This document shows positions 1 through 10,320 of a stretch of DNA of 64,000 nt, piece by piece; position 1 is the stretch's first letter, and each line of letters opens with the position of its first letter. The notes beneath the pieces were generated by a model. It was not told the origin of the DNA. It did no database searches and was given only the letters and a program-made list of their open reading frames with translations. Made by a program: the position numbers and the translations under genes. The stretch spans positions 235,538 to 299,537 of the forward strand of contig CANLNQ010000002.1 in the NCBI GenBank assembly GCA_947492525.1. The letters run 5' to 3'. The DNA is from an uncultured Granulosicoccus sp. (GTDB taxonomy: Bacteria > Pseudomonadota > Gammaproteobacteria > Granulosicoccales > Granulosicoccaceae).

Positions 1-156
1 CCAGAGCGTAACGCACCGATACTCGGCAGAACGCCCATGCATCGCTGGGGCCAGACGGCCGAGGTAGGCGCGCTGGTGGCGTGGCTGGTGTCGGAGGAGG
101 CCAGCTTCATCACCGGCGCAGTGTATCCGGTCGATGGGGGGTATTCGGCGATGTGA
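1..156 (+). CDS. Short-chain dehydrogenase/reductase, C-terminal part (runs off the window start)
   Basis: Frame 1 reads ...[43 protein letters not shown], the typical SDR C-terminus (P.GR.G...EV....L.S..ASFITG....VDGG). Not in the ORF track. Confidence 0.85.
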   Translation, partial: PERNAPILGRTPMHRWGQTAEVGALVAWLVSEEASFITGAVYPVDGGYSAM

Positions 157-463
157 TCTGCCTGATAGTGACTGTTCACGCGCGACGGGATGGCTTGCCG
201 CAGAGACCGACTTCATCCGCGGTGCGAACATCTGGACTGAGGTGCTGCTGGTTCGTGCGTTATTTCACATTGTCAGTGGCCGCCCAGGGCGAATAGGTCA
301 TTCAATCGATACCGGGCAGTCTTCATGATGCACATGCGCTGGCGGGTGAGTTAACATTCCCCGCAGCACGCATAGCTGATAGATTGTTATCAGTCATGCG
401 ACTGGTGGGCACAAAGACAGGAAGAATCACAGTCGTGCTCAAACACTCCGAGGAGAATACAGA

Positions 464-1456
464 ATGATGAAAGCAAGTCTAGTAGTCACGGCCGCGGCAC
501 TGACGCTTGGTCTGTCCAGTGTGCAGGCTCAGGATGTTGATCGCACCGGCTGGCCTGAAAGTTTCACGGTAGGCACCGCTTCGCAAGGTGGCACCTACTT
601 CGCCTATGGCTCCGGTTGGGCCAACCTGGTTGCCCAGGAGCTGGGTCTGTCAGGTGGTGCGGAAGTCACAGGCGGCCCCATGCAGAACATGGCTCTGGTA
701 CACACCGGTGATGCCTCGTTCGGCATGACGACCATGGGGCCCGCGGCAGAGTCGCTGGCGGGTACCAACCCCATCGCCCCCGGGCTCATGATGGACAATG
801 CCTGTGCCATGTTCCCGATGTACCAGACGCCATTCTCGGTAACAACGCTGAGCTCGTCCGGCATCGAGACCATTGCCGACATCCCTGCTGGCGCGAAGAT
901 CGGCTTCGGCCCCGCCGGTTCCACCTCTGATACCTACTTCCCTCTCATGATGGAAACACTCGGCGTCGACTTTGAAAGGCGCAACGGTGGTTGGTCGGAT
1001 CTGGGTGGCCAGCTGCAGGACGGTCTGCTCGATGTCATCGCTTTTGCGGCCGGCGTTCCCGTGCCTGCCGTCAGCCAGCTGGAAGTGCAGACGGAAGTCA
1101 ACATCATCGAATTCACGGAAGAAGAACAGGCAAAGATCCAGGAAGCCTATCCCGTGGCTCCGTTCAGCATCAATGCCGGCACCTACACGTCTTTGACCGA
1201 AGACGCTCGATCGGTGTCAATGTGGAACTTCTCGATCGCCAGCTGCGATTTGCCTGAGAGTTTCGTGGAAGCGGTTGTCGACGTGGTGATGTCTGACAAT
1301 GCGCGCATGGTCGGCATTCACAAGGCGGCGGCCTCCACCATCCCGGAAAACTGGGACAAGAACCAGGTGCTGATGTGGCATCCGGGCGCGGCCAAGTGGT
1401 TTCGTGACAACGCAGGCGCCGACATCTCCGACGAGATGGTCTTCAGCGCGAAATAA
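464..1456 (+). CDS. TAXI-family TRAP transporter solute-binding subunit
   Basis: Signal peptide; GTASQGGTYFAYG and VTGGPMQN motifs; GGAG RBS upstream; adjacent fused permease. Confidence 0.92.
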   Translation: MMKASLVVTAAALTLGLSSVQAQDVDRTGWPESFTVGTASQGGTYFAYGSGWANLVAQELGLSGGAEVTGGPMQNMALVHTGDASFGMTTMGPAAESLAGTNPIAPGLMMDNACAMFPMYQTPFSVTTLSSSGIETIADIPAGAKIGFGPAGSTSDTYFPLMMETLGVDFERRNGGWSDLGGQLQDGLLDVIAFAAGVPVPAVSQLEVQTEVNIIEFTEEEQAKIQEAYPVAPFSINAGTYTSLTEDARSVSMWNFSIASCDLPESFVEAVVDVVMSDNARMVGIHKAAASTIPENWDKNQVLMWHPGAAKWFRDNAGADISDEMVFSAK

Positions 1457-1492
1457 GGAGCGACTTCTTCCATAGAAGTCTGTTTCGCACGG

Positions 1493-1519
1493 GTGTCGGG
1501 GCACATGCTGCCCCGACAC
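1493..1519 (+). other. Intercistronic stem-loop (GTGTCGGGGCA-N5-TGCCCCGACAC), probable mRNA stabiliser or attenuator
   Basis: Perfect 11-bp inverted repeat between the binding-protein and permease genes; no U-tract follows. Confidence 0.55.
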
Positions 1520-1617
1520 GCCCCTTACCTTGATCATCCCATCGGCAGCGCATCCGGCGCCCGTCTGCTGGGCGCTGGCTGCATTCAGGTCTGTGCAGTC
1601 TTTCGGAGAGTATGTAA

Positions 1618-3855
1618 ATGACAGAACGCGCTGTTGATGATGCAAACACTGCCGTTTTGGCTGAAGGCGTGGATGAAGAGCCGATCGAGGCGAATCGGCG
1701 TTTGTTCACCGACTGGCGTTTCATCGTCATCGCCACGCTGACAGCGCTGTATTCTGCGTTTCACATGGCGGCCCTCAACGGTCTGTCCCTGTCCGGGATG
1801 ACGGGTATCGAATTGCCGTTCCTGCCCAGCTTCCCGCTGGAGACATGGAATTTCCGGATCGTGCACGTGGCGGGAGCGCTGTTCATCGGCTTTCTGCTCT
1901 TTGGTGCGCGCTTGCAGTTCGCTGAACAGCAGACCCCTCAAGCGCCCGTGACCTGGCTGTCGTGGATTCTGCTGGCCGCTGCGCTGGTTGCCTGTGGAGC
2001 CGCCATCAGCTTTGGTTACCGCATTTCTGCCGGTGCCATGTGGAATGGTATCGCTCCCGAATTCCGGACACCGGAGATCTACTGGTTCGGTGTGCCGCTG
2101 CTGCTGGCAACTTTCGGTGGCATCGTGCTTGGCTGGCTGGATCGTTCTCCTCGCCATCTGTTTTCCCTGCCTGACCTGGTGCTCGGCGTTTGTGCGCTGG
2201 CGGTCGCCATCTACCTCATCACGATCTATGGCACCTTGATGCGCAACTCGACCGGCACGCCTTTCGCGCCGATCGGTATTTCGCTGGCGGCGATAGCCGG
2301 CACCGCGCTCATCATGGAACTGACCCGGCGAGTCACCGGACTGGCTCTGATCATCATTGCCGGCATCTTTCTCATCTACGTGTTCGTCGGGCACCTGCTG
2401 CCCGGTTTTCTGAATTCACCGCGTATCGACTGGGCCCGGTTCTTTTCACAGGTGTATACCGATGCCGGAATCCTCGGGCCAACCACGGCGGTATCTTCCA
2501 CCTACATCATTCTGTTCATCATCTTTGCCGCCTTCCTGCAAGCGTCGAAGGTGGGTGATTATTTCGTGAACTTCGCCTTTGCCGCTGCTGGCCGCACGCG
2601 TGGCGGGCCTGCAAAAGTGTCGATCTTTGCCTCGGGTCTGATGGGCATGATCAATGGTACGTCCGCCGGCAATGTCGTTGCCACGGGTTCACTGACCATT
2701 CCGCTCATGAAGAAGGTTGGATACCATCGCCGGACGGCAGGGGCCGTGGAAGCTGCCGCCTCGACCGGTGGTCAGATCATGCCGCCCATCATGGGAGCCG
2801 GCGCGTTCATCATGGCGGAAATAACCGGTATTCCCTATACCGATATAGCGGTGGCCGCGATACTGCCTGCGGTCCTGTATTTCGTCTCCGTCTACTTCAT
2901 GGTGGATTTCGAAGCGGCCAAGCTTGGCATGCGCGGCATGCGTGAGGACGAATTGCCCAAGCTGGGCAAGATGCTGCGTCAGGCCTACCTTTTTCTGCCC
3001 ATCATCATTCTGATCTATGCGCTGTTTGCCGGGTATTCCGTTATTCGGGCGGGCGCACTGGCAACGATAGCGGCAGCAGTGGTGTCGTGGCTTACACCGA
3101 ACAGAATGGGGCTTCGCTCTGTCTTCAGGGCCTTCGAACTGGCCGGCATCATGTCCATTCAGATCATTGCCGTCTGCGCCTGCGCCGGTATCATCGTCGG
3201 GGTCATTTCCCTGACGGGCGTCGGTGCGCGCTTCTCATCCGTGTTGCTGGGCATTGCTGACACGTCGCAATTGCTGGCCCTGTTCTTTGCCATGTGCATA
3301 TCCATCCTGCTGGGCATGGGCATGCCGACCACGGCCGCCTATGCCGTGGCCGCATCGGTTGTCGCACCAGGGCTCGTGCAGCTTGGTATTCCCCAGCTCA
3401 CCGCGCATTTCTTCGTGTTCTACTTCGCTGTTCTCTCGGCGATAACGCCTCCCGTGGCGCTGGCCAGCTATGCTGCCGCCGGTATATCCGGGGCGAATCC
3501 GATGGAAACATCGGTCGCGTCCTTCAAGATCGGTATCGCCGCCTTCATCGTGCCGTTCATGTTCTTCTATAACAGCGCCATCCTGATGGAAGGTCACTGG
3601 TTGGCGATATTGCAAGCATCGGTGACGGCCATATTCGGTGTCTTTCTGCTGTCGGCCGGCGTGCAAGGCTGGTTCATGGGACGGCGCTCTGCCTGGTTTG
3701 TCCGGGGCGCACTGATGCTGGCGGCCTTGTTCATGATAGAAGGTGGGCTGCTGTCAGATGCGGTTGGCATCGTCATTGCCGCAGGCTGCTACGCCATTCA
3801 GAAAGCCTTCAAGCCGGACCCTGATGCACCCATTCCGGTCCGCGGTGCTGACTGA
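1618..3855 (+). CDS. TRAP transporter fused 4TM/12TM permease
   Basis: Highly hydrophobic 745 aa; GPAKVSIFASGLMGMINGTSAGNVVATGSLTIPLMKK and GGQIMPPIMGAGAF motifs. Confidence 0.93.
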   Translation: MTERAVDDANTAVLAEGVDEEPIEANRRLFTDWRFIVIATLTALYSAFHMAALNGLSLSGMTGIELPFLPSFPLETWNFRIVHVAGALFIGFLLFGARLQFAEQQTPQAPVTWLSWILLAAALVACGAAISFGYRISAGAMWNGIAPEFRTPEIYWFGVPLLLATFGGIVLGWLDRSPRHLFSLPDLVLGVCALAVAIYLITIYGTLMRNSTGTPFAPIGISLAAIAGTALIMELTRRVTGLALIIIAGIFLIYVFVGHLLPGFLNSPRIDWARFFSQVYTDAGILGPTTAVSSTYIILFIIFAAFLQASKVGDYFVNFAFAAAGRTRGGPAKVSIFASGLMGMINGTSAGNVVATGSLTIPLMKKVGYHRRTAGAVEAAASTGGQIMPPIMGAGAFIMAEITGIPYTDIAVAAILPAVLYFVSVYFMVDFEAAKLGMRGMREDELPKLGKMLRQAYLFLPIIILIYALFAGYSVIRAGALATIAAAVVSWLTPNRMGLRSVFRAFELAGIMSIQIIAVCACAGIIVGVISLTGVGARFSSVLLGIADTSQLLALFFAMCISILLGMGMPTTAAYAVAASVVAPGLVQLGIPQLTAHFFVFYFAVLSAITPPVALASYAAAGISGANPMETSVASFKIGIAAFIVPFMFFYNSAILMEGHWLAILQASVTAIFGVFLLSAGVQGWFMGRRSAWFVRGALMLAALFMIEGGLLSDAVGIVIAAGCYAIQKAFKPDPDAPIPVRGAD

Positions 3856-4081
3856 TGTGTCGAGCCCCGATCGGGGCCTGACCCTACGCTGCTTGCGCGC
3901 AGACACAGACGGCGCTGCAATGGAGGTTGCAGCGCCGTAGTCAAATTGCTCTGACCTCGAGAAACTTGTCGGGTCAGAATTGGTAACCCGCACAACCGGG
4001 TCGCTCTCCCGTCGACGGGTCAGCGTTCGTCATTGCCTGGATACGAAACAGAAGCCCGATTTGCAGCAAGCCAATTGAACG

Positions 4082-4744
4082 CTAGACGATCATATCCGCG
4101 TAACGAGGATATTCACCCGACTCGTATTGCTCCACGCTGATTCCCGGCAGGTCGAAATAGTCCAGAGAGAAGGCATAACCGTGGCCTCCCATGCGACCCA
4201 CGGCATCCAGTTTCGCGTGGTCGGTATGGTGGTTTGCCGGATTGACGATGTCGGAGCGTATGAAAGCCTGTTGCACCATGCCCAGAACGATCTCCCGAGA
4301 GGGGCTGATCTCCAGTCCGATATGACGCTTGCACTCGAACGATACGGGGGCCTCGGCAATACGGGGGCAGGACACGGATACGCCATCGATCATGGTCAAT
4401 CCGGCTTCGGCCAGTTCGTTGACAGCTTCGGGAAATGCCGTTGCCGTGATGTTCATCGCATCGATGTTGGACCGGCCAACGATATTGACCGTGAATTCCT
4501 CGGTATGTCGGATATTGGCAGCGGTGTCCTTGAGTGAGCGGTGCTCTCTGTTCTCGATGCCCAGGGCCAGAATGGGTGGCTCGGAGGACAGGCAGTTGAA
4601 GAAGCTGTAGGGGGCTGCATTGACGACACCTTCCGGGCTGATCGTGGTCACCCAGGCAATCGGGCGTGGCACCACCGTACCGATAAGCAGCTTGTAGATA
4701 TCCTTGCTGTCGAGCGTCTTGAAGTCGAAGGGTGTGTGTGTCAT
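4082..4744 (-). CDS. Flavin reductase family protein
   Basis: VVPRPIAWVTT...NAAPYSFFN...KDTAANI...EFTVN...PRIAEAPVSFEC...VGRMGG motifs. Confidence 0.88.
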   Translation of the reverse strand: MTHTPFDFKTLDSKDIYKLLIGTVVPRPIAWVTTISPEGVVNAAPYSFFNCLSSEPPILALGIENREHRSLKDTAANIRHTEEFTVNIVGRSNIDAMNITATAFPEAVNELAEAGLTMIDGVSVSCPRIAEAPVSFECKRHIGLEISPSREIVLGMVQQAFIRSDIVNPANHHTDHAKLDAVGRMGGHGYAFSLDYFDLPGISVEQYESGEYPRYADMIV

Positions 4745-5436
4745 GCCTTGGGGTCCTCTGCATATCGTGCCAATACCGATTGCAGGTTGTCGTCGTCATC
4801 GCCGGACAGGCTTGCACGGCCTTGTACGGCACCGAGATGGTGATTCATGATGGACAGGGCAGCATCGATATCCTTGTCTCGCAATGCCTGAATGATCTGA
4901 CGGTGTTCATCCACGGCACAATCGCTGGAATGCGATCGGCTGTACATCGCCAGGATCAGTGAACAGCGCGTCACCAGTTCCGACACGTAGTTGCACAGGA
5001 TCTTGTTGCCGGTCAGCTCTGCCAGCAGTATGTGGAATTCGCCCGCCAGGCGGATGGAGACAGGACCGTCCTTGCCTCTTACCCGGTCTTCCTGGTCGAC
5101 ATGAGCATCCAGTGATTCCAGGCCGATTACCGAGATGCGCTGCACCAGCCGCCGAATGACTTCGGCCTCCAGGCAGTGCCTGATCTCGAAGATTTGCTCG
5201 GCCTCGTCCAGCGTGGGCTCGGCAACACAGGCACCGCGGTTGCGCTGCGTATCCACCAGATGCTCGCTTTCGAGTCGAACCAGCGCCTGTCGAACGATGG
5301 TTCTGCTGACACCGAACTGCTCGCCGATCGCGTCTTCACGCAGCCGGGTGCCGGGTTTCAGTGCCTGTTCCAGAATCGCGCGGCGCAAGCGCTGGTAAAC
5401 GATGACGCCAGAGGTAGGTGATTTCGATGCAGTCAT
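4741..5436 (-). CDS. GntR (FadR/FCD) family transcriptional regulator
   Basis: wHTH LKPGTRLREDAIGEQFGVSRTIVRQAL plus FCD domain (FHILLAELTGN, EHRQII). Start moved to MTASKS (5436); the longer ORF runs through the promoter. Confidence 0.92.
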   Translation of the reverse strand: MTASKSPTSGVIVYQRLRRAILEQALKPGTRLREDAIGEQFGVSRTIVRQALVRLESEHLVDTQRNRGACVAEPTLDEAEQIFEIRHCLEAEVIRRLVQRISVIGLESLDAHVDQEDRVRGKDGPVSIRLAGEFHILLAELTGNKILCNYVSELVTRCSLILAMYSRSHSSDCAVDEHRQIIQALRDKDIDAALSIMNHHLGAVQGRASLSGDDDDNLQSVLARYAEDPKA

Positions 5437-5493
5437 TGCGTCTCGTGGTTGTGAAAGGTCCGGTCCAACTTTGCGGATACTATATCCGAAAAA

Positions 5494-5528
5494 ATCGTAT
5501 ACAAAAATATTTTGTTTTTGTATACGAT
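5494..5528. promoter_or_regulatory. Candidate GntR operator: ATCGTATACAAAAA-N7-TTTTTGTATACGAT
   Basis: Perfect 14-bp inverted repeat with two GTATAC cores in the AT-rich divergent intergenic region. Confidence 0.75.
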
Positions 5529-5580
5529 ATGTGTAGGATGTATTCCAGAGCCACACACGCATTCACCATCGGAGACGTAC

Positions 5581-7149
5581 ATGAAGCTTGAATCAAGACA
5601 ATTCGTAGCCAGCACCGCACTACTGCTGGCTTGCACCGCGGGCCATGCCGAGGTTTTGAAATGGGGCGCCAATCGGGATATCGGTTCGCTCGATCCATAT
5701 TCCTACGGCGACAGTTTCACCATCAATGTGCTCAACCACACCTATGAAGGCCTGGTGCGTTATGACAAGGACCTGAAGATCGAACCCGCTCTGGCGGTGT
5801 CCTGGGAGATTCTGGAAGACCAGATCACCTGGCGCTTCAAGCTGCGACCCGACGTCACGTTCCACAATGGCAACAGCTTCACGGCAGAAGATGTGGTCGC
5901 CTCACTGCAACGAGTCAGTCATGAAACGTCGCCCCTGAAGGGCAATCTGCCGGCCTATGTCAGTGCCTCTGTGGTCGATGACCTGACGCTGGACATCGTG
6001 CTCAATGGCACGTATCCACTGCTGCTCAATGACCTGACCAACATTCACATCTTCGACAAGCAGTGGCTGGTGGAGAACGATGCGGAACTGCCCACGGATA
6101 TCGGCGCCGGTACCGAGGGTTACGCCACCTACCATGCCAATGGCACAGGCCCCTTCATTGTCGAGAGCCGGCAGCCGGATGCGAAGACAGTATTCACGGT
6201 CAACCCGGACTGGTGGGATACGCCGGCACATAATCTGACAGGTTTCGAGCTGCTGCCGGTGACATCGGCGGCGACGCGGGTTGCCGCGCTGTTGTCCGGT
6301 GAAATCAGCTTCACGAACGATGCGCCGGTACAGGATCTGCCACGTCTGGAGGCTGCACCGGGGGTCAACGTGCTGGAAGGTGTCGACCTGCGGACGGTCA
6401 TGATCGGCATGAGTTACCGAGACACGCTCGATAACGGTTCGGACAATCCGTTCAAGGATCTGAAAGTACGTCAGGCCTTGTATCAGGCGATCGACATGGA
6501 TCAGCTGCAGAAGAAGGTCATGCGTGGCAAGTCTCGCAATGCCGGTGCCGTGGTTGCACCACCCATTCCCGGCTATACCGAGTCCCTGGATGAACGCATG
6601 GCCTTCGATGTCGACGCCGCCAAGGCGCTTCTGGCCGAGGCTGGCGTGCCGGAAGGTTTCGAATTCGATTTCAATTGCCTGCAGGATGGGCTGGTCAATG
6701 AAGAGCAGATCTGTCAGGCCATTGCCTCCATGTGGAGTCGCATCGGACTGAGCCCCCGACTGGATGTCGCGCCGCGTGCGGTTCAGACTCCCAAGCGCAC
6801 CAACGGTCAGGCAGACGTCTATACGCTGGGTTGGGCCACACTGCCAATGCTGGATGCCTACAGCCCACTGTTGCAGATCTTCCACTCCAAGGAAGGCAAC
6901 TCGGGTGTGTTCAACTGGGGTGACTGGTCCTTCCCGGAGCTGGATGAACTGGTGCAAAGCGCCGGGGCGGAGCTGGATCTGGACAAGCGACTCGCCATGG
7001 AAACCGCAGCCCTGCAGATCGTCAAGGACGAACTGATCATGCTGCCCCTGCATCAGCAACCCATGGCCTGGGCGACGACCGAGGCGGTGACAGACATGCC
7101 GCTGTTCCCGGACAACAAGCCACGCCTGTGGTTTGCCTCGATGCAATGA
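5581..7149 (+). CDS. ABC transporter substrate-binding protein (family 5, Dpp/Opp type)
   Basis: SLDP...YEGLV...PALAVSWE...FKLRPDVTFHNG...FTAEDV and NGTGPF motifs; signal peptide from MKLES; GGAG RBS. Confidence 0.93.
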   Translation: MKLESRQFVASTALLLACTAGHAEVLKWGANRDIGSLDPYSYGDSFTINVLNHTYEGLVRYDKDLKIEPALAVSWEILEDQITWRFKLRPDVTFHNGNSFTAEDVVASLQRVSHETSPLKGNLPAYVSASVVDDLTLDIVLNGTYPLLLNDLTNIHIFDKQWLVENDAELPTDIGAGTEGYATYHANGTGPFIVESRQPDAKTVFTVNPDWWDTPAHNLTGFELLPVTSAATRVAALLSGEISFTNDAPVQDLPRLEAAPGVNVLEGVDLRTVMIGMSYRDTLDNGSDNPFKDLKVRQALYQAIDMDQLQKKVMRGKSRNAGAVVAPPIPGYTESLDERMAFDVDAAKALLAEAGVPEGFEFDFNCLQDGLVNEEQICQAIASMWSRIGLSPRLDVAPRAVQTPKRTNGQADVYTLGWATLPMLDAYSPLLQIFHSKEGNSGVFNWGDWSFPELDELVQSAGAELDLDKRLAMETAALQIVKDELIMLPLHQQPMAWATTEAVTDMPLFPDNKPRLWFASMQ

Positions 7150-7204
7150 CAGCTTGCCTGGGGTAACTGCATCCATTCGCTGATCCGATGATGAGAAAAG
7201 GACC

Positions 7205-8203
7205 ATGATTGCATTTCTGCTCAAACGCCTGATGAACGCCGCCTTCGTGATGCTGGCGGTGGCATTCCTGGCGTTCATGATATTCCGGTTCTTCGGTGAT
7301 CCGGTCGAAATGATGGTCAACGAGCAGGCGACCCAGTCAGACAGGGCCGAGCTGCGCGAGCGGCTCGGACTCAATGATGGCCTGCTGACGCAATATGCAC
7401 GGTTCGTCGGCTCGGCGGTGCAGGGCGACTTCGGTATCTCCTATCGCAATCAGCAGGATGTCATGACACTGGTGGCCGAGCGATTCCCGGCCACCTTCGA
7501 ACTGGTGATCGTGGCCACCGTGCTGTCCCTGATCATCGGTGTGCCATTTGGTGTGCTGACAGCGGTCTATCAGGATCGCAAGCTGGCCGACGGCTTGCAG
7601 ATCGGTTCCATCGTCGGTGTCTCCTTGCCCAGCTTTGTGGTCGGGATTCTGCTGATTCTGGTCTTTTCGGTCTCTCTGGGCTGGCTGCCGGCATTCGGGC
7701 GAGGCGAGACCGTCGATATCGGCTGGTGGAGCAGTGGATTCTTTACCGACAGCGGGCGTGCGGCGCTGATCCTGCCATCCATTTCCCTGTCGCTGTTCCA
7801 GATAACGCTGGTCATGCGGCTGGTCAGGGCCGAGATGCTGGAAGTACTGCGTTCGGACTTCATCAAGTTTGCCCGTGCACGGGGTCTGCCGCTGAGCGTG
7901 GTGCATTGGCGCCACGCCCTGCGCAACTGTCTGATGCCCGTCATCACCCTGACGGGAATGCAGATAGGCAATCTGATTGCGTTTGCGCTGGTGACCGAAA
8001 CGGTCTTCCAGTGGCCCGGTATGGGGCTGCTGTTCATTCAGGCCGTCACCTTCGTGGATATCCCGGTCATGGCCGCCTATCTGATGCTGGTGTCATTCAT
8101 TTTCGTGCTGATCAATACGCTGGTTGACATCACCTACGCCTATGTCGACCCGCGACTGCGCAGCGAAGTTGCCGTCAAAGGAGGAAGTGCCCATGGCCAT
8201 TGA
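7205..8203 (+). CDS. ABC permease, DppB-like
   Basis: GDFGISY...RFPATFEL; EAA loop RAEMLEVLRSDFIKFARARGL; ends AYVDPRLR. Confidence 0.93.
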   Translation: MIAFLLKRLMNAAFVMLAVAFLAFMIFRFFGDPVEMMVNEQATQSDRAELRERLGLNDGLLTQYARFVGSAVQGDFGISYRNQQDVMTLVAERFPATFELVIVATVLSLIIGVPFGVLTAVYQDRKLADGLQIGSIVGVSLPSFVVGILLILVFSVSLGWLPAFGRGETVDIGWWSSGFFTDSGRAALILPSISLSLFQITLVMRLVRAEMLEVLRSDFIKFARARGLPLSVVHWRHALRNCLMPVITLTGMQIGNLIAFALVTETVFQWPGMGLLFIQAVTFVDIPVMAAYLMLVSFIFVLINTLVDITYAYVDPRLRSEVAVKGGSAHGH

Positions 8204-9116
8204 TGTACCTGTTCTCAGTCGCTGGCAGCAGAGCGATCTGTGGTGGAGTTTCCAGCAACGGCCATCAGCCGTGTTCGCCGTGGTGCTGCTGGCCGTGGTG
8301 ATTCTCACCAGTATCCTGGCACCCTGGATCACGCCGCAGAACCCCTATGACCTGGCGGCGTTGAATCTGATGAACTCCGAATTGCCGCCCATCTGGCTGG
8401 ATGGAGGTGAGTATCCCTATGTGCTGGGTACCGATGTGCAGGGGCGCGACTTGTATTCAGCCATTCTCTATGGTTCGCGCACCTCCTTGTTCATCGGCGC
8501 CTTGTCGGTACTGCTGGCTCTGAGCGTGGGCCTGACTCTGGGCCTGATTGCCGGTTACTACGGTGGCTGGGTGGATAACGCCATCATGCGGCTGGGAGAT
8601 GTGCTGCTGTCCATGCCGTTCATTCTGATTGCCATATTGATCAGCGCTGTGGCGGTGCAGATGCTGCCCTCGCACCTGCGAGAATCACTGACCAGTCTGA
8701 TACTGGTGGTGGCCATTGCCGTGCCCTCCTGGGTGCAGTACGCCAGAACGGTGAGAGCGTCCGCCATGGTGGAGAAGGGCAAGGAATATGTGCAGGCGGC
8801 CCGACTGATACGGGTGAAGTCCTGGCGTATCCTGCTCCATCACATACTGCCTAATACGCTGACACCCATCATGGTGGCAGCCACCCTGAACTTCGGCCTT
8901 GCCATTCTCTCTGAAGCCACGCTGAGTTTTCTCGGTGTGGGCATGCCATCGGATCAGCCATCACTGGGTACGCTGATCCGCATCGGCAACCAGTACCTGT
9001 TTTCCGGTCTCTGGTGGGTCGTACTGTTTCCCTCGATACAACTGTGCCTCATCGTACTGTCCGTCAACATGATTGGCGACTGGTTGCGAGACGCCCTGAA
9101 CCCGAAGCTTCGATAG
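8193..9116 (+). CDS. ABC permease, DppC-like
   Basis: LGTDVQGRDLYSAILYGSRTSL; EYVQAARLI; ends GDWLRDALNPKLR. Start MAIDVP follows AGGAGG. Confidence 0.93.
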   Translation: MAIDVPVLSRWQQSDLWWSFQQRPSAVFAVVLLAVVILTSILAPWITPQNPYDLAALNLMNSELPPIWLDGGEYPYVLGTDVQGRDLYSAILYGSRTSLFIGALSVLLALSVGLTLGLIAGYYGGWVDNAIMRLGDVLLSMPFILIAILISAVAVQMLPSHLRESLTSLILVVAIAVPSWVQYARTVRASAMVEKGKEYVQAARLIRVKSWRILLHHILPNTLTPIMVAATLNFGLAILSEATLSFLGVGMPSDQPSLGTLIRIGNQYLFSGLWWVVLFPSIQLCLIVLSVNMIGDWLRDALNPKLR

Positions 9117-9120
9117 GTTG

Positions 9121-10320
9121 ATGAACATGACACACTCCGTATTGCTCAAGGATGTCAGGCCCATGGGGGCTGACGCCACGGATGTACTGATCGTGGATGG
9201 AACGTTCAGTGCCATCACGGACGCTGCCCTCGACGGGGTCGAGGTGATAGACGGTGAACACTGCTTGCTGATTCCGGCACTGGTGGAAGCCCATACCCAT
9301 CTGGACAAGTCTCTGGTGGGTTTGCCCTGGTACCGCAACGAGGTGGGCCCATTGCTGCTGGACAAGATTACCAACGAGCGTGAATCGAAGGTGGCGTTGG
9401 GGATCGATCCCCGGGTACAGAGCGAACGCCAGGCGATCCTGTCCATGGCCAAGGGCAGTACATTCATTCGCAGTCATGTCGATGTGGATACCGTGCATGG
9501 CCTGAAGGGCATCGAAGGCGTCATGGCCACGCGAGACAAGTTGCGAGGCTGGATCGACATCGAGCTGGTCGCGTTCCCGCAATCCGGTCTCATGGTGCGA
9601 GAAGGCACGGTTGAACTCATGGACCAGGCCATGCAACTGGGCTGCGAAGTGGTGGGAGGACTGGATCCCTGTGCCATCGACAGAGATCCGAAAGGCCATC
9701 TGGATGCGATCTTCGCGCTGGCGGAGCGCTATGGAAAACCACTGGACATTCATCTGCATGAGCGCGGTGAAATGGGCTGCTTTTCCATGGAGATGATCAT
9801 CGAGCGCACCATCGCCCATGGCATGCAGAATCAGGTCACGATCAGCCATGCCTTCTGTCTGGGGCACTCGGACAGACTGCAGATTGCCAGGCTGACGGAG
9901 CAACTGGCGACGCAGGGTATCTCCATCATGACAACCGCTCCGGCATCCTCGCCGGCACCGGTGGTCCGGGAACTGCGTGAAGCGGGGGTGACGGTCTGCT
10001 CGGGCTCGGACGGCATACGCGATACCTGGGGACCTTTCGGCAATGCCTGCATGCTGGAGCGTGCCATGTTCATTGCACAGAAGAACAACTTCCGCCGTGA
10101 TGATGAAGTCGAGGTGGCGCTGGATGTCTGCACTCATGGCGGGGCCGATGTCATGGGTATCGAGAATTACGGTCTCGCCCCCGGCTGCGACGGTGACTGT
10201 GTGCTGGTGCCCGGAGAAAGTCTGACCGAAGCCGTTGCCAGCCGTCCACCTCGCAGACGCGTCCTCAAGCGCGGCAAGACCATTGCGGAAAATGGCCAAT
10301 GCCTGCTGCAGGCACCGTGA
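9121..10320 (+). CDS. Amidohydrolase, cytosine/creatinine deaminase-like
   Basis: EAHTHLDK metal motif, RSHVDVD, IELVAFPQ, DIHLHE, ISHAFCL, GSDGIRDTWGPFG. Confidence 0.88.
   Translation: MNMTHSVLLKDVRPMGADATDVLIVDGTFSAITDAALDGVEVIDGEHCLLIPALVEAHTHLDKSLVGLPWYRNEVGPLLLDKITNERESKVALGIDPRVQSERQAILSMAKGSTFIRSHVDVDTVHGLKGIEGVMATRDKLRGWIDIELVAFPQSGLMVREGTVELMDQAMQLGCEVVGGLDPCAIDRDPKGHLDAIFALAERYGKPLDIHLHERGEMGCFSMEMIIERTIAHGMQNQVTISHAFCLGHSDRLQIARLTEQLATQGISIMTTAPASSPAPVVRELREAGVTVCSGSDGIRDTWGPFGNACMLERAMFIAQKNNFRRDDEVEVALDVCTHGGADVMGIENYGLAPGCDGDCVLVPGESLTEAVASRPPRRRVLKRGKTIAENGQCLLQAP

Noticed and set aside
5902-7374. Long antisense ORFs (for example 5902-7374, 9064-10299, 26874-28040, 28540-29475, 59035-60318)
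   Set aside because: They are shadow frames of high-GC genes on the opposite strand, with no family motifs.
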